Shown: positions 48,709 to 57,894 of the stretch, piece by piece
Numbering within the stretch: the stretch's first letter is position 1
Layout: each line of letters starts with the position of its first letter
Assembly (NCBI GenBank): GCA_963704405.1
Contig: OY969903.1
Location: forward strand, 2,948,909 to 3,012,908
Origin: an uncultured Phycisphaerales bacterium
GTDB taxonomy: Bacteria > Planctomycetota > Phycisphaerae > Tepidisphaerales > Tepidisphaeraceae
Direction of reading: 5' to 3'
Length of the DNA: 64,000 nt
Notes under the pieces: model-generated
The model's database searches: none
Seen by the model: only the letters and a program-made list of their open reading frames with translations
What the model was told of the DNA's origin: nothing
Program-made: the position numbers and the translations under genes

Positions 48709-49191
48709 GTGACTGATACCAGCGACGCAAGCGAAAAGAAGGAACACCATCACAGGGTGCGTATCCACATTGACGAGAAATCCCACGAATCGCCCAATCC
48801 GACTACGGGCGAAGCACTTTATGCGCTCGGCGAGGTGAAGCATGGTCTCGAACTCTTCAGGGAGGTTGATGGCGACCGAGAAGATCCCGGCGTCGATAGA
48901 GGGCCGGAGACCATTCATCTGAAAGAAGACGAACATTTCCACAGCGGCCCCCCAAGGGAAATCACCATAATCGTAAATACCCGCAAGAAGAAAGTGACAG
49001 CCACAAAGTTGGCGTTTATCGAAGTGGTAGCTCTCGCCTATCAGCCTGTGCGTACGGACCCCAAGGTTCTTTACACGGTTACGTACGGACGCGGCCCTAA
49101 AGCGAACCCCGAAGGCGAACTCCTCGCGGGTCACACGGTCAAGCTAAAAGATGGGATGGTGTTTCTTGTCACAGAAACCGATAAATCATAG
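48709..49191 (+). CDS. multiubiquitin domain protein (tandem beta-grasp)
   Basis: GTG start with an aaggaga RBS. Two repeats of the pattern I..D....S..PTTG..LY..G (HIDEKSHESPNPTTGEALYALGEV and IIVNTRKKKVTATKLAFIEVVALAY), as in the Multi_ubiq family. No C-terminal Gly (ends TETDKS). Confidence 0.78.
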   Translation: MTDTSDASEKKEHHHRVRIHIDEKSHESPNPTTGEALYALGEVKHGLELFREVDGDREDPGVDRGPETIHLKEDEHFHSGPPREITIIVNTRKKKVTATKLAFIEVVALAYQPVRTDPKVLYTVTYGRGPKANPEGELLAGHTVKLKDGMVFLVTETDKS

Positions 49192-50353
49192 CGATGATTT
49201 GAAGCGGCTTCGAGCCGAAGGCTACAACATTGAGATCAAAGCGGGATTCCTTCTCGTGAAGGAAGTGCCATATCTGAACTCAAAGAAAGAAGTAAAACGT
49301 GGGATTCTCGTGGACAAGCTCAAGCTTGCCGGCGACGTAGCGGAACCTCCGGAAGATCACGTCGCGCACTTCATGGGAGAATACCCTTGCCATCAGGATG
49401 GCAAGCCAATCGAACAGATCGGCAACAGCAGCCAACAGCGCCCATTGGCCGAAGGTGTAACGATCGATCATACATTTTCCGCCAAGCCTCAGCCGGCGGG
49501 AAAATATACGGATCACCATGCAAAGGTCGCAGCCTATTGCTCGATTCTCGGCGGTCCGGCAAGAACGGTCGAACCATCAGCCACTGCCAGAACTCATTCC
49601 CCTGTGACGCCTGAAGATGAAGACAAATCAATATTCAATTACATCGACACAGCATCCAGCCGCGCTGAAATAGGCATCGCAACTCAGAAACTCGCGCTCG
49701 AAAAAGTTGCGATTATTGGCCTTGGCGGAACGGGCTCTTATGTCTTGGATCTGGTGGCAAAGACGCCAATCCGTGAAATTCACCTCTTTGACAACGATGT
49801 TCTCCTAACACACAACGCTTTCCGAGCGCCTGGCGCTCCGTCGCTAGAAGAACTGCGGGGCAAGCCGCGCAAAGTTAATTACTTTGCGGCGATTTACTCT
49901 AAAATGCATCGGGGCATCATCGCTCACGCTACACATATTGATGCGGATAACATCGATCTGTTGCGAGGAATGAAGTTTGTGTTCTTGTGTTTTGATGATG
50001 GCATGGCGAAACGCTACGTCATTGATAAGTTGCACGAGTTCGATATTCCCTTCGTTGACGTTGGCATGGGAATCTACATGGGCGAGGAATCGCTCGGGGG
50101 GCATCTGAGAGTGACAACAAGCACCCCCCGAAAGCGCGACCATGTACCGGCGCGAATTCCGCTGTCCGAAGGCGCCGGAGAAAACGAGTATTCATCCAAC
50201 ATCCAAATTGCTGATCTGAACGCCCTGAACGCTGCATTGGCCGTCGGCCGCTGGAAGAAGCTCTTCGGCTTCTATGCCGACTACAACAATGAACATCACG
50301 TCACATACGGCATTGAGCTTCAGTCGCTCACCAGGGCCGAGGAGCAGCCATGA
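49151..50353 (+). CDS. ThiF/E1-like adenylyltransferase with approx 170-aa N-terminal domain in the position of an E2-like module
   Basis: VAIIGLGGTGSYVLDLVAKTPIREIHLFDNDVLLTHNAFRAPGA is the ThiF/MoeB/E1 Rossmann motif. The N-terminal domain has a Cys in YPCHQDG. Overlaps the neighbouring genes at both ends. Confidence 0.85.
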   Translation: MGWCFLSQKPINHSDDLKRLRAEGYNIEIKAGFLLVKEVPYLNSKKEVKRGILVDKLKLAGDVAEPPEDHVAHFMGEYPCHQDGKPIEQIGNSSQQRPLAEGVTIDHTFSAKPQPAGKYTDHHAKVAAYCSILGGPARTVEPSATARTHSPVTPEDEDKSIFNYIDTASSRAEIGIATQKLALEKVAIIGLGGTGSYVLDLVAKTPIREIHLFDNDVLLTHNAFRAPGAPSLEELRGKPRKVNYFAAIYSKMHRGIIAHATHIDADNIDLLRGMKFVFLCFDDGMAKRYVIDKLHEFDIPFVDVGMGIYMGEESLGGHLRVTTSTPRKRDHVPARIPLSEGAGENEYSSNIQIADLNALNAALAVGRWKKLFGFYADYNNEHHVTYGIELQSLTRAEEQP

Positions 50354-50808
50354 AGCGACAGACGATACTTACGCACCGATTTGTAGAATCGGCACCGGAT
50401 GTGCTTGAGGAGGGCATATTATACGTTTCGATCGAGTACACGACGGCAATACACAAATGCTGTTGCGGCTGCGGAAGAGAAGTGGTTACGCCGATAACAC
50501 CCACCGACTGGAAGCTCATTTTTGATGGTAAAACTATCTCGCTTGAACCATCAATCGGTAATTGGAGCTTGCCGTGCCAGTCGCACTATTGGATTAGGAA
50601 CAATCAGGTTCGATGGGCCGGAAAGTGGACGCAAGAACGGATTCGGACTGGCAGAGCGCACGACGCCAAGGTGAAACAAACATATTTCAGCCGAGCCAGA
50701 ACCCAAGATTCCGAGATCGCGGCAGGTGTGACGGCTGGGGATAATATTAGCGACAAGCCGCGTAAGGGTATCTTGGCGACGCTAAAGCACCTGTTCAAAC
50801 GCAGATAA
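50350..50808 (+). CDS. DUF6527 family protein (Cys-rich, probable Zn-binding)
   Basis: LEEGILYVSIEYTTAIHKCCCGCGREVVTPITPTDWKL..SLEPSIGNWSLPCQSHYWI matches my recollection of DUF6527. ATGA overlap with the E1 stop. Confidence 0.72.
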   Translation: MKRQTILTHRFVESAPDVLEEGILYVSIEYTTAIHKCCCGCGREVVTPITPTDWKLIFDGKTISLEPSIGNWSLPCQSHYWIRNNQVRWAGKWTQERIRTGRAHDAKVKQTYFSRARTQDSEIAAGVTAGDNISDKPRKGILATLKHLFKRR

Positions 50809-50837
50809 AATGTGATCAATCAACAAGGAGCTACGCC

Positions 50838-51053
50838 ATGCCAAAGGACGCAAAGCATTGTAATGCCGGGTTAGATCAACGGTGCCGTGATCTCAACGGC
50901 GAAATTCGCCAGAAGCGCGGAGATACGTTGGTTCGGACATTGCGCGAGACATATGGATCTGATTTTGCGCCGGGGGTCCGGAGCGACACGCGCTTGGACA
51001 CCCTACGCGACCGAGCGAGCGGAGAATCGTTGTCGAAGATATTGAAAAAGTAA
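50838..51053 (+). CDS. small hypothetical protein (71 aa)
   Basis: aaggag RBS 7 nt upstream, 29 nt after the DUF6527 gene. No family recognised. Confidence 0.5.
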   Translation: MPKDAKHCNAGLDQRCRDLNGEIRQKRGDTLVRTLRETYGSDFAPGVRSDTRLDTLRDRASGESLSKILKK

Positions 51054-51346
51054 TAGAACAGGACATCCCGGACAGGTTACGCGGCGCTTTGCGCCGACTG
51101 CCGCAGGTCCGTCTATCCAGGACGCAGCGAAGCTACATGCGCGAGCGATTGCGCGTGGGTCATTTACATCTTCTGCTTCGTCGCCATCGCCATCGGTCGG
51201 GTATGCAGCGGCCGATGCCGCGAAGCGGCTACAATTGGCCGCGTCCGACCGAGGGTTGATGGCGGGCTGAATTCCTACCGCTGCTTCAGAGCCTGAGCCG
51301 GAGGTGGGTCGTGTCGCCTCTAGTGCGGCAAGTCCCTAATTTTGTT

Positions 51347-51670
51347 TTACGCGATTCCGTCCAGGCCTTTACGTTCCACTAATGAGAGCAGCTTGAGTGA
51401 CGGACCCGCAGGTTTCTTTTCACCGCGTTCCCACTTGCTGACAGAATCCTTCGTGACGTTCAGATACGTCGCGAATACGGATTGGCTCACATCCTCGCGC
51501 TCACGCAGCGCCCGGATTTCATAGGCGCTGAATTCATGGATCGGCGTCAGGCACGAAGTATCAAATCGCCGCATGGTCTGCCGGTCAATGATGCCAACGC
51601 TGTGCAGACCGCTCGCGATCTCGTGGATCGCCGCTTTCACGTCGCTCTTGTACTTCTTAGTCTTTTTCAT
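51347..51670 (-). CDS. HTH antitoxin (HigA/MqsA-like, XRE-type)
   Basis: IRALREREDVSQSVFATYLNVTKDSVSKWERGEKKPAGPSLKLL. Overlaps the upstream toxin gene by 14 nt. Confidence 0.8.
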   Translation of the reverse strand: MKKTKKYKSDVKAAIHEIASGLHSVGIIDRQTMRRFDTSCLTPIHEFSAYEIRALREREDVSQSVFATYLNVTKDSVSKWERGEKKPAGPSLKLLSLVERKGLDGIA

Positions 51671-52058
51671 AACACTTCACCTCCACAAATTCATTACTCT
51701 CAAGCAGTTTTTTCACCTCTTCGTCCGAAGCAGCCAACAGGATCTGAGCCAGCTCCTTGAAATCACGTTCGTCGCTTTCGTCGATATTCGCCTGCTCGCT
51801 TTTGGCAAATCCATAGACGAAGAACGACCTCTCGCCACGGCAGAACAGAATGATTGAGCGATATCCGCCCGACTTGCCTTCATTAGGCCGGGCGATTCGC
51901 TGCTTGATCACACCACCGCCGTAATCCGCATCTACCAGCCCACGTTCAGCGTCCTTCACCGCTTTGCAAAGGCTGGCGTCGGCGATGCGTTCCTTACGGG
52001 CGAATTTTGCGAAACGTTTGCTCTTAAAAACTCGCACGCAGGGCCTTTTCGCTTCCAT
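51657..52058 (-). CDS. RelE/ParE-superfamily toxin (HigB-2-like; toxin encoded first)
   Basis: FKSKRFAKFARKERI..VDADYGGGVIKQRIARPNEGKSGGYRSIILFCRGERSFFVYGFAKSE resembles the COG4737-type RelE-like toxin. Gene order is toxin then antitoxin. Confidence 0.72.
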   Translation of the reverse strand: MEAKRPCVRVFKSKRFAKFARKERIADASLCKAVKDAERGLVDADYGGGVIKQRIARPNEGKSGGYRSIILFCRGERSFFVYGFAKSEQANIDESDERDFKELAQILLAASDEEVKKLLESNEFVEVKCYEKD

Positions 52059-52225
52059 TTTCTACACGTTCAATATATAGCACTAAGAGCTACAGTTCAA
52101 CACAATAAATTATCGGCTCGTTTGGCTTGCAACCACCGCCCAAAATCGGGGTTTTTCGTGCTTTATCGAGCTTAATACGCGGCGCACGACAAGCCAACGG
52201 TAATGGCCAGGAGCGTCCCATCCTT

Positions 52226-55066
52226 CTACTCAATCCGTCGTCGCGCTTTAACGAGATCTGCTAGCAGTTGCTCGAACACAGCTACATCAGCATTCGGCTC
52301 TGCATACATCACGAAAAGCATCATAGCAGTGACTAACTGTGGAAGTTCACGGACGATCTTCTGTTTCAAGTCGTCAATGAACACTTCGATCCGCTCGTGG
52401 GCTGAAGAATCCGTCGGAGCTTCGCCCGCGATGAGTTGCTCCGCCTTGGCTTGGAGTGATGTCGAAGCAAATGACTCCGCGGTTCGGTATGCTTCAATGA
52501 TGTCACCTCCATTAAGCAGTGACTGCACAACTTCGGGCAAATTGGCGGGCTTTAACGGGCGGCGTGTGCTCGTCCTTAATCCTCTTAGTTCGGGTACTGT
52601 ACCGCTCAATTGTGCGCAAGTTTCAAGAATGGTTTCTGTCGAGATTTCTGCGGCTCCAAACCATTCTCTTTGATCCATCTTTTGCCATATTGCGGCGGCG
52701 GTTCGCACCTCATAGCAGGTCCGCACGACGGTTTGGCCTAACGGCGTCAAGGTCAGCGGACTGTTCATTGTCGCCAGCGGCTCGCCGAATTCAGTGCCGG
52801 CGAGCATTAACGCCTCGTAATTCGTCTGTGCATCACTGCCCAAACCACCCTTTACCGCATCGCCGAACATGCGGCCGCGGTAGTCATCCAGAATGCCGTC
52901 GGTTCCTGGCCACCGCAGGAGGACTTTGTCGAAAGATGCGAAAAGATGGGCGGCGGCTAGAGTGCGTTCGGGCTTCGACAAGCCGTCATCCAGTGACGAC
53001 CGAACGACTGACCTGTCAGGATCGAGCAAATGTTCGAGAAACACTGCGTGCGATTGGATGTTCTTCCCGTCAGAGTCCGTCATCTCGAACGGCGTATACA
53101 TTTGGACAACATCGCCGACAAGGTGTCCCGATGTTCGCCCGCCGCGCCCGGCGATATTGCGCATTAACAGAGGGGACATTGCGGCTTGTGTTTCCTCTTC
53201 CCAGTCATAGTGACTTGGGGAAGCGATGACTACCGATCGGAACGGAAAATCAGAACCCTCCGCAAGCGTTGTAGTGGCATACACAATTGGCACTGCGGCC
53301 GCTTGGAATGCATCTTCGAGAGATCGGCGGACTTCTGCCGGCAATGCTGCGTTGTGATAGGCCACGCCACGTTCCAAGCAGTAATTCAGCAGGCTGAGAT
53401 ACGGATACTTTGTTTCAATGAGTTTGCGAACTGTTGTTGTCTCCGCTGCGATGGAACCAACTGAACGGCGTTCCGCAGCAATGACGGCAAGTTCGCGAGT
53501 CTGTTTTCGAGATGAGCAGAAGACAACTACCGGTCCGTTCGACCGCTCGTGCCATCGTTCGGCGTACCAAGCAACTCGACCGCCCAACGGGTTTTTCAGC
53601 TGCTGAGCAATGCCGTGCTCATTTTTCGCGGTTGGCCAAGCTGGCATTTTCGGACAGAAATCCTCCAAGACTGTGATATTGGAATCTGATACATCCTCCA
53701 GATCGGTAACCACAAAAAGCTTGTCCTTCGGATGCCAGTAGGCCGGATACAGTGGGTTTGGCCGCCAGCTGCCAACAACCAAGCTGGACGATGGAACTTT
53801 AAGCCACTTCGCCAAATCATTGATGTTCGATATGACCGCCGACATACCGAATACGCGAGAAGGATGACCGGTATTGGCCTGCTCCAGCAGCACACGAGCA
53901 ATCAGACACTCGTAAAAAGCACCGCGACCTGCCTGAGAGAGCATATGCAATTCGTCAAAGACGATCGTACGGACACGTTGCAGTAGTTTCGGCTCAGCGA
54001 GGAGGAGTGAGTCGAGTTTTTCAGGCGTCGCAACAAGGACTGCCTTTCCGGCTTTGAGATACTGTGAATCGACCTGATCCTCGCCGTATGCGCCAACTAC
54101 CTCAATATCAGAGTCCTTCAGTCTCGTCCGCATCGTCTTTTCAACCCCGTAAGCAATTGCCTGATATGGCACGACAAAGACAGAAATGCCGGAACCTTTA
54201 GCTTCCAGCGTGAGAATGCTGACAATCTCTGCCACGAAAGTTTTTCCGCTGCTTGTCGGCGTGCAAAGTAGACCGTTCCCCACGTCGGACTTGAGCCACT
54301 GTCGGATCGCAGGTTCTTGGCTTGGCAAAAGTATCAGCCTTTGAGCGCGGGCCAGAGACCGGCGATACCATTGCGGTAGCGCAACACCCGCCACTCGGAC
54401 GACCTTCAGAAGGCTAAGTGAACCCACAAGCGGCAGTGTCTGACTTATGCGATAGCCGAGCGCCTTGTCTACAGATAATGCATGTGACGGCCGCGTGCTA
54501 ATGTCGTAGAGGCGCTCCTGCCCTTCGGTGAGATCGGACATACGGGCGCACCGCCAAGGCTTTGTGACTGCATCTGGCAGCAAAGACTTTTCCGCATCGC
54601 TTAAACGCCGGACGGCGAGGACTGCATCTAAGAAGACATCACCTGGGACTGCTACGGCAGAATGGTGCCTAGAAATACTGAGCGCAATACGTGCGGCAGC
54701 AAAATTACCACTCTGCAAATAAGCGATGCTTGCTTCACGTGCCCAATGTGCCTTGAGCGTCACGTCCTGAAGTAATTCAGCAACGAAGTACATGACTCGC
54801 GCCGCGCGTGCGATCGGTGATCGATTGTCCGTCGGCACCTTGCGTGTTGTAAGTTTAGGCAAATCGGCCCACATCGAAACGATGTTTCTCGCAGAAGCGG
54901 CAAACTGAATTAGCGTATCGCGTTTTGGCGGTTCGACGTCGTCGTACAGGAAGGATCGATAATAGCTAGCCACAAGCGATCGCTCGTGCTCAATCAATTT
55001 GTATTGCTTCTCCTTATCGAGAATGCGTTTTAGGGATTCGCTCATCAACAACGCCCCTTTCCGCAT
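52226..55066 (-). CDS. superfamily 2 DEAD/DEAH-box helicase, HamB-like
   Basis: Motif I CTPTSSGKTFVAE, motif II VFDELHML, C-terminal helicase lobe (VVFCSSRKQ..VAYHNAALP..ATTTLAEGSDFP). 946 aa. The upstream partner gene overlaps it by 22 nt. Confidence 0.85.
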   Translation of the reverse strand: MRKGALLMSESLKRILDKEKQYKLIEHERSLVASYYRSFLYDDVEPPKRDTLIQFAASARNIVSMWADLPKLTTRKVPTDNRSPIARAARVMYFVAELLQDVTLKAHWAREASIAYLQSGNFAAARIALSISRHHSAVAVPGDVFLDAVLAVRRLSDAEKSLLPDAVTKPWRCARMSDLTEGQERLYDISTRPSHALSVDKALGYRISQTLPLVGSLSLLKVVRVAGVALPQWYRRSLARAQRLILLPSQEPAIRQWLKSDVGNGLLCTPTSSGKTFVAEIVSILTLEAKGSGISVFVVPYQAIAYGVEKTMRTRLKDSDIEVVGAYGEDQVDSQYLKAGKAVLVATPEKLDSLLLAEPKLLQRVRTIVFDELHMLSQAGRGAFYECLIARVLLEQANTGHPSRVFGMSAVISNINDLAKWLKVPSSSLVVGSWRPNPLYPAYWHPKDKLFVVTDLEDVSDSNITVLEDFCPKMPAWPTAKNEHGIAQQLKNPLGGRVAWYAERWHERSNGPVVVFCSSRKQTRELAVIAAERRSVGSIAAETTTVRKLIETKYPYLSLLNYCLERGVAYHNAALPAEVRRSLEDAFQAAAVPIVYATTTLAEGSDFPFRSVVIASPSHYDWEEETQAAMSPLLMRNIAGRGGRTSGHLVGDVVQMYTPFEMTDSDGKNIQSHAVFLEHLLDPDRSVVRSSLDDGLSKPERTLAAAHLFASFDKVLLRWPGTDGILDDYRGRMFGDAVKGGLGSDAQTNYEALMLAGTEFGEPLATMNSPLTLTPLGQTVVRTCYEVRTAAAIWQKMDQREWFGAAEISTETILETCAQLSGTVPELRGLRTSTRRPLKPANLPEVVQSLLNGGDIIEAYRTAESFASTSLQAKAEQLIAGEAPTDSSAHERIEVFIDDLKQKIVRELPQLVTAMMLFVMYAEPNADVAVFEQLLADLVKARRRIE

Positions 55067-55827
55067 GCGAATGCCTTATAGTTCTCCTCGATTGAAGGCA
55101 CACGCAAATACATTCCGTGGGCGGACGGCCAGCCATCCTCCTTTAAGTTCTCCACAATTGACTCGATCTTCTTAACGCACTTGGCGTTGTCAGCAGCGTC
55201 TCCAGAAACCCCTGTGGGAATGAGATTGACCTTTGACGAGTCTTTCGGGCAGGTTCCCAGGCAATCGTTGACGCGTGGAATCAGTTTCTTCTTCTTTGCA
55301 TGCTGAAGGTCCCATTTCAAATGTTCGGCAGTCGAGGCCAGTCGCGACGTTGCGTACAGTCCTGCGAAGTCGCCCTCACAGGCACCAAAATATTGGGGAT
55401 TGTCGCGCGTGGCCTTCACCTCCTGCATGTGCAGTCGATCCTTCGTGCTGTCTTTTTTAGGCCGGAAAATGCTGATATCGACAAGCGGAAAATTCGCCGA
55501 TCCGAGCGGGTCCGGTGCACGAAAGCAATGGATGAATGGATGGCTGAATGCATCGTGTACACATCGAATGACGTAGACAGCAAACTCGGAGATCGATCCC
55601 AGCAGGCCATCACCAATGAGAGCGCCGCTGCCGGACTTGATGGTCGCCTTAACCTCAGCAGTGGTGCGGTATTTGTAGCCCGCCAGAAGATGTTCACTAA
55701 GCATCGCAATGAAATCGTCGGAGTTGGTGATATCCACCAAGACCGCCGCAGAACTGGCTTTTGAATCCCATTTGTAGCAGTTCGCCAATTTTAGATCCGT
55801 CCTTCCCCATGAGACGGCAGTCTTCAC
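55045..55827 (-). CDS. HamA-like (DUF1837-type PD-(D/E)xK) protein, partner of the helicase
   Basis: 260 aa directly upstream of, and overlapping, the helicase gene. Candidate nuclease motif D(ISIF)...QEVKAT. The assignment rests mainly on gene architecture. Confidence 0.55.
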   Translation of the reverse strand: MKTAVSWGRTDLKLANCYKWDSKASSAAVLVDITNSDDFIAMLSEHLLAGYKYRTTAEVKATIKSGSGALIGDGLLGSISEFAVYVIRCVHDAFSHPFIHCFRAPDPLGSANFPLVDISIFRPKKDSTKDRLHMQEVKATRDNPQYFGACEGDFAGLYATSRLASTAEHLKWDLQHAKKKKLIPRVNDCLGTCPKDSSKVNLIPTGVSGDAADNAKCVKKIESIVENLKEDGWPSAHGMYLRVPSIEENYKAFACGKGRC

Positions 55828-56108
55828 CAGCCGATCGCAATTTGCAACGAGCTTTCACTTGATCGCACAATTGTAACTACACTAATGCCGTCTCTCGTCC
55901 AAGTGTACTCGATCGACACCTCTGGCGCGGCGCGTCCCGTCTACAAAATCGAGGGACAATACGGCGGAGCGACGCTATCAGAAGATGGTCGAAAACTGGC
56001 TGTGCATGGCCCGCACGGCTCCGCAAGAGACAACGCCTTCTGCTTTTTCGCCAACCAATGGAACTCATCCCGTTTGACTCCGAGTCGTCAACCGGCGCAC
56101 AATGTGAA

Positions 56109-56153
56109 AATATAACGAAAACAACTTGCGTCAGATTTCATTTTCGTTATATT
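56109..56153. promoter_or_regulatory. 13-bp perfect inverted repeat (aatataacgaaaa / ttttcgttatatt) with 19-nt spacer, ending 6 nt before ATG 56160
   Basis: Read directly from the sequence. AT-rich arms in an otherwise GC-rich region, immediately upstream of the first gene of the GHKL cassette. Confidence 0.6.
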
Positions 56154-56159
56154 ACGGTA

Positions 56160-56774
56160 ATGGACAGTGTGAAGCGCGCTATCGAAGCTCTCCGACAGGC
56201 CGAAGCCAGCCTGCGGGAAATTGTAACCAAAGCGGCCACGACGGGCGACTACGGGAGCGTTGTTAAGATCGCATCGTGGGCAAGTGCGATGAGCGCGCTG
56301 CTGAAGGAGGCAGGTGTAGGTAATGGCGCCCAATCGCCGGTACCTAACCAGAAGAAGTCTCATTTTCAGGCAGGGAATTCTCAGTCACAAGCGACACCCA
56401 GGCGAACCAAACATTCCGTCGCCGATGAGTACCCCCAATTCTTCCGAAATGAAGATCAACTCATTCGTGTCGCGTGGTCGAAAAAGGAAAAAACGGAATA
56501 CCAGCATAAGGTGCCATCGCCGGTACTCAAGTTATTGGCTAAAGCGATGGCCAAAGCCGGTACAGACGGACGCATTTTTTCCACCGACCAATTTCTGCCG
56601 ATCCATGACGCCGATGGTGAGAAGATTCCAAGCTACCAAGCATATGTCGGCATTGCATTGATGAAACACGCCGGGCTGTTAGATCAGCACGGGCGTCAGG
56701 GCTATTCCATTCCTAGACTTGAAGAGTTCCAGAATGCTGTTGAGTCGGTGTGGCAGAAAGTTCCTAAACAATAA
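56160..56774 (+). CDS. hypothetical protein (204 aa), first gene of the GHKL cassette
   Basis: Start moved to ATG 56160 (MDSVKRAIEALRQAEASL..). Helical N-terminus, Gln/Ser-rich linker, C-terminal globular part. No family recognised. Confidence 0.6.
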   Translation: MDSVKRAIEALRQAEASLREIVTKAATTGDYGSVVKIASWASAMSALLKEAGVGNGAQSPVPNQKKSHFQAGNSQSQATPRRTKHSVADEYPQFFRNEDQLIRVAWSKKEKTEYQHKVPSPVLKLLAKAMAKAGTDGRIFSTDQFLPIHDADGEKIPSYQAYVGIALMKHAGLLDQHGRQGYSIPRLEEFQNAVESVWQKVPKQ

Positions 56775-56793
56775 TCATTTCGGAGGCCATATC

Positions 56794-57882
56794 ATGATTG
56801 AACCGACGTTGCTCGACAAACACGTAGTGCCAGTAGATTTCATTTCGCGAGCGGTGAAGGCAACCACCACCGTCGCCATCACCAAGCTGCTCGAAGAACT
56901 GCCGATCACGCCGGAGGATGAGTACGCCTATAACGACGACAAGCCGGAGGATGGCTGGCAAGCCGGCAAGTTCCACTGGGTGCCGGTCGGCGGTGAGCGG
57001 GGAAATGCCGGACGCATCAAACAGGCCAACCAGCCGGTCAGCCCCTTGGCCGAGCGTACCGTGAACGGCATGGAAGCCATCATTGAGATGGCCCGTCAAC
57101 GCGAGCTGCTGGCAACTCCAGACGCTCCCGCGCCAACCACTCCACGCGATGCCGTTGCGCGCTACTTCGATATTCCGGCGCTGGACCAGCTGCCCAAGCT
57201 CGACGGTTCGCCCGCTTCAAAGGCAATTCGCGCGAGAGCGCGCGACCTGGCTCGGCAACTCCGCATCCGTCTCCTCTTTGATAAGCCGTCCAAGGAATTC
57301 ACTGTTGCGATCGAGGATGATGGAATCGGTCAGCCGCCATCGCTCATCCACAGTACACTTCTTTCGCTCGGCTCTACGACCAAAGCCGACAAGTGGTATC
57401 TCATCGGCATCTTCGGCCAGGGCGGGTCGTCTGCCTATTCGGAGTGCAAATACTCGTGGTTGATCTCCCGCCGCAGCAAAGATCTCCTTCAAGGCGCGGC
57501 CGACGGCGTCGGCTGGACGATTATCAAACAGTTCTTTCCCAAAGGGCGGCGCGACGCCTATTTCGCGTACCTGGCCTGCCACCCCGATGGACGAGTGCCC
57601 TTCATCTCTGCTGGCGATGCCGAGACGGCGAAGATCCCTCACGGCACGCGCTTCGTCCACATTGACTATGACTTTGGCCGCGGAGGTTCCGCCATCACCC
57701 GCCAACTCTATACGTCAATGAATCACGTCCTTTACAACCCGGTGCTGCCATTTGAGCTGTATGTCGGCAACACCGTCGCCATTGTGAACGGCAACGGTTA
57801 TCGACTTTCCTCACTCGGATCGCGCGACACCAACCCCGCCATACTCGACAAACTCTTTCCGCCACAGCCGGTCGGCGCTTAA
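56794..57882 (+). CDS. GHKL (Bergerat-fold, HATPase_c_3-like) ATPase
   Basis: ggagg RBS, ATG 56794. N-box-like LAERTVNGMEAIIEMA, G1 box IEDDGIGQ, G2 box GIFGQGGSSAY. Ends with a double stop TAATAG. Confidence 0.72.
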   Translation: MIEPTLLDKHVVPVDFISRAVKATTTVAITKLLEELPITPEDEYAYNDDKPEDGWQAGKFHWVPVGGERGNAGRIKQANQPVSPLAERTVNGMEAIIEMARQRELLATPDAPAPTTPRDAVARYFDIPALDQLPKLDGSPASKAIRARARDLARQLRIRLLFDKPSKEFTVAIEDDGIGQPPSLIHSTLLSLGSTTKADKWYLIGIFGQGGSSAYSECKYSWLISRRSKDLLQGAADGVGWTIIKQFFPKGRRDAYFAYLACHPDGRVPFISAGDAETAKIPHGTRFVHIDYDFGRGGSAITRQLYTSMNHVLYNPVLPFELYVGNTVAIVNGNGYRLSSLGSRDTNPAILDKLFPPQPVGA

Positions 57883-57894
57883 TAGGAATCCAAC

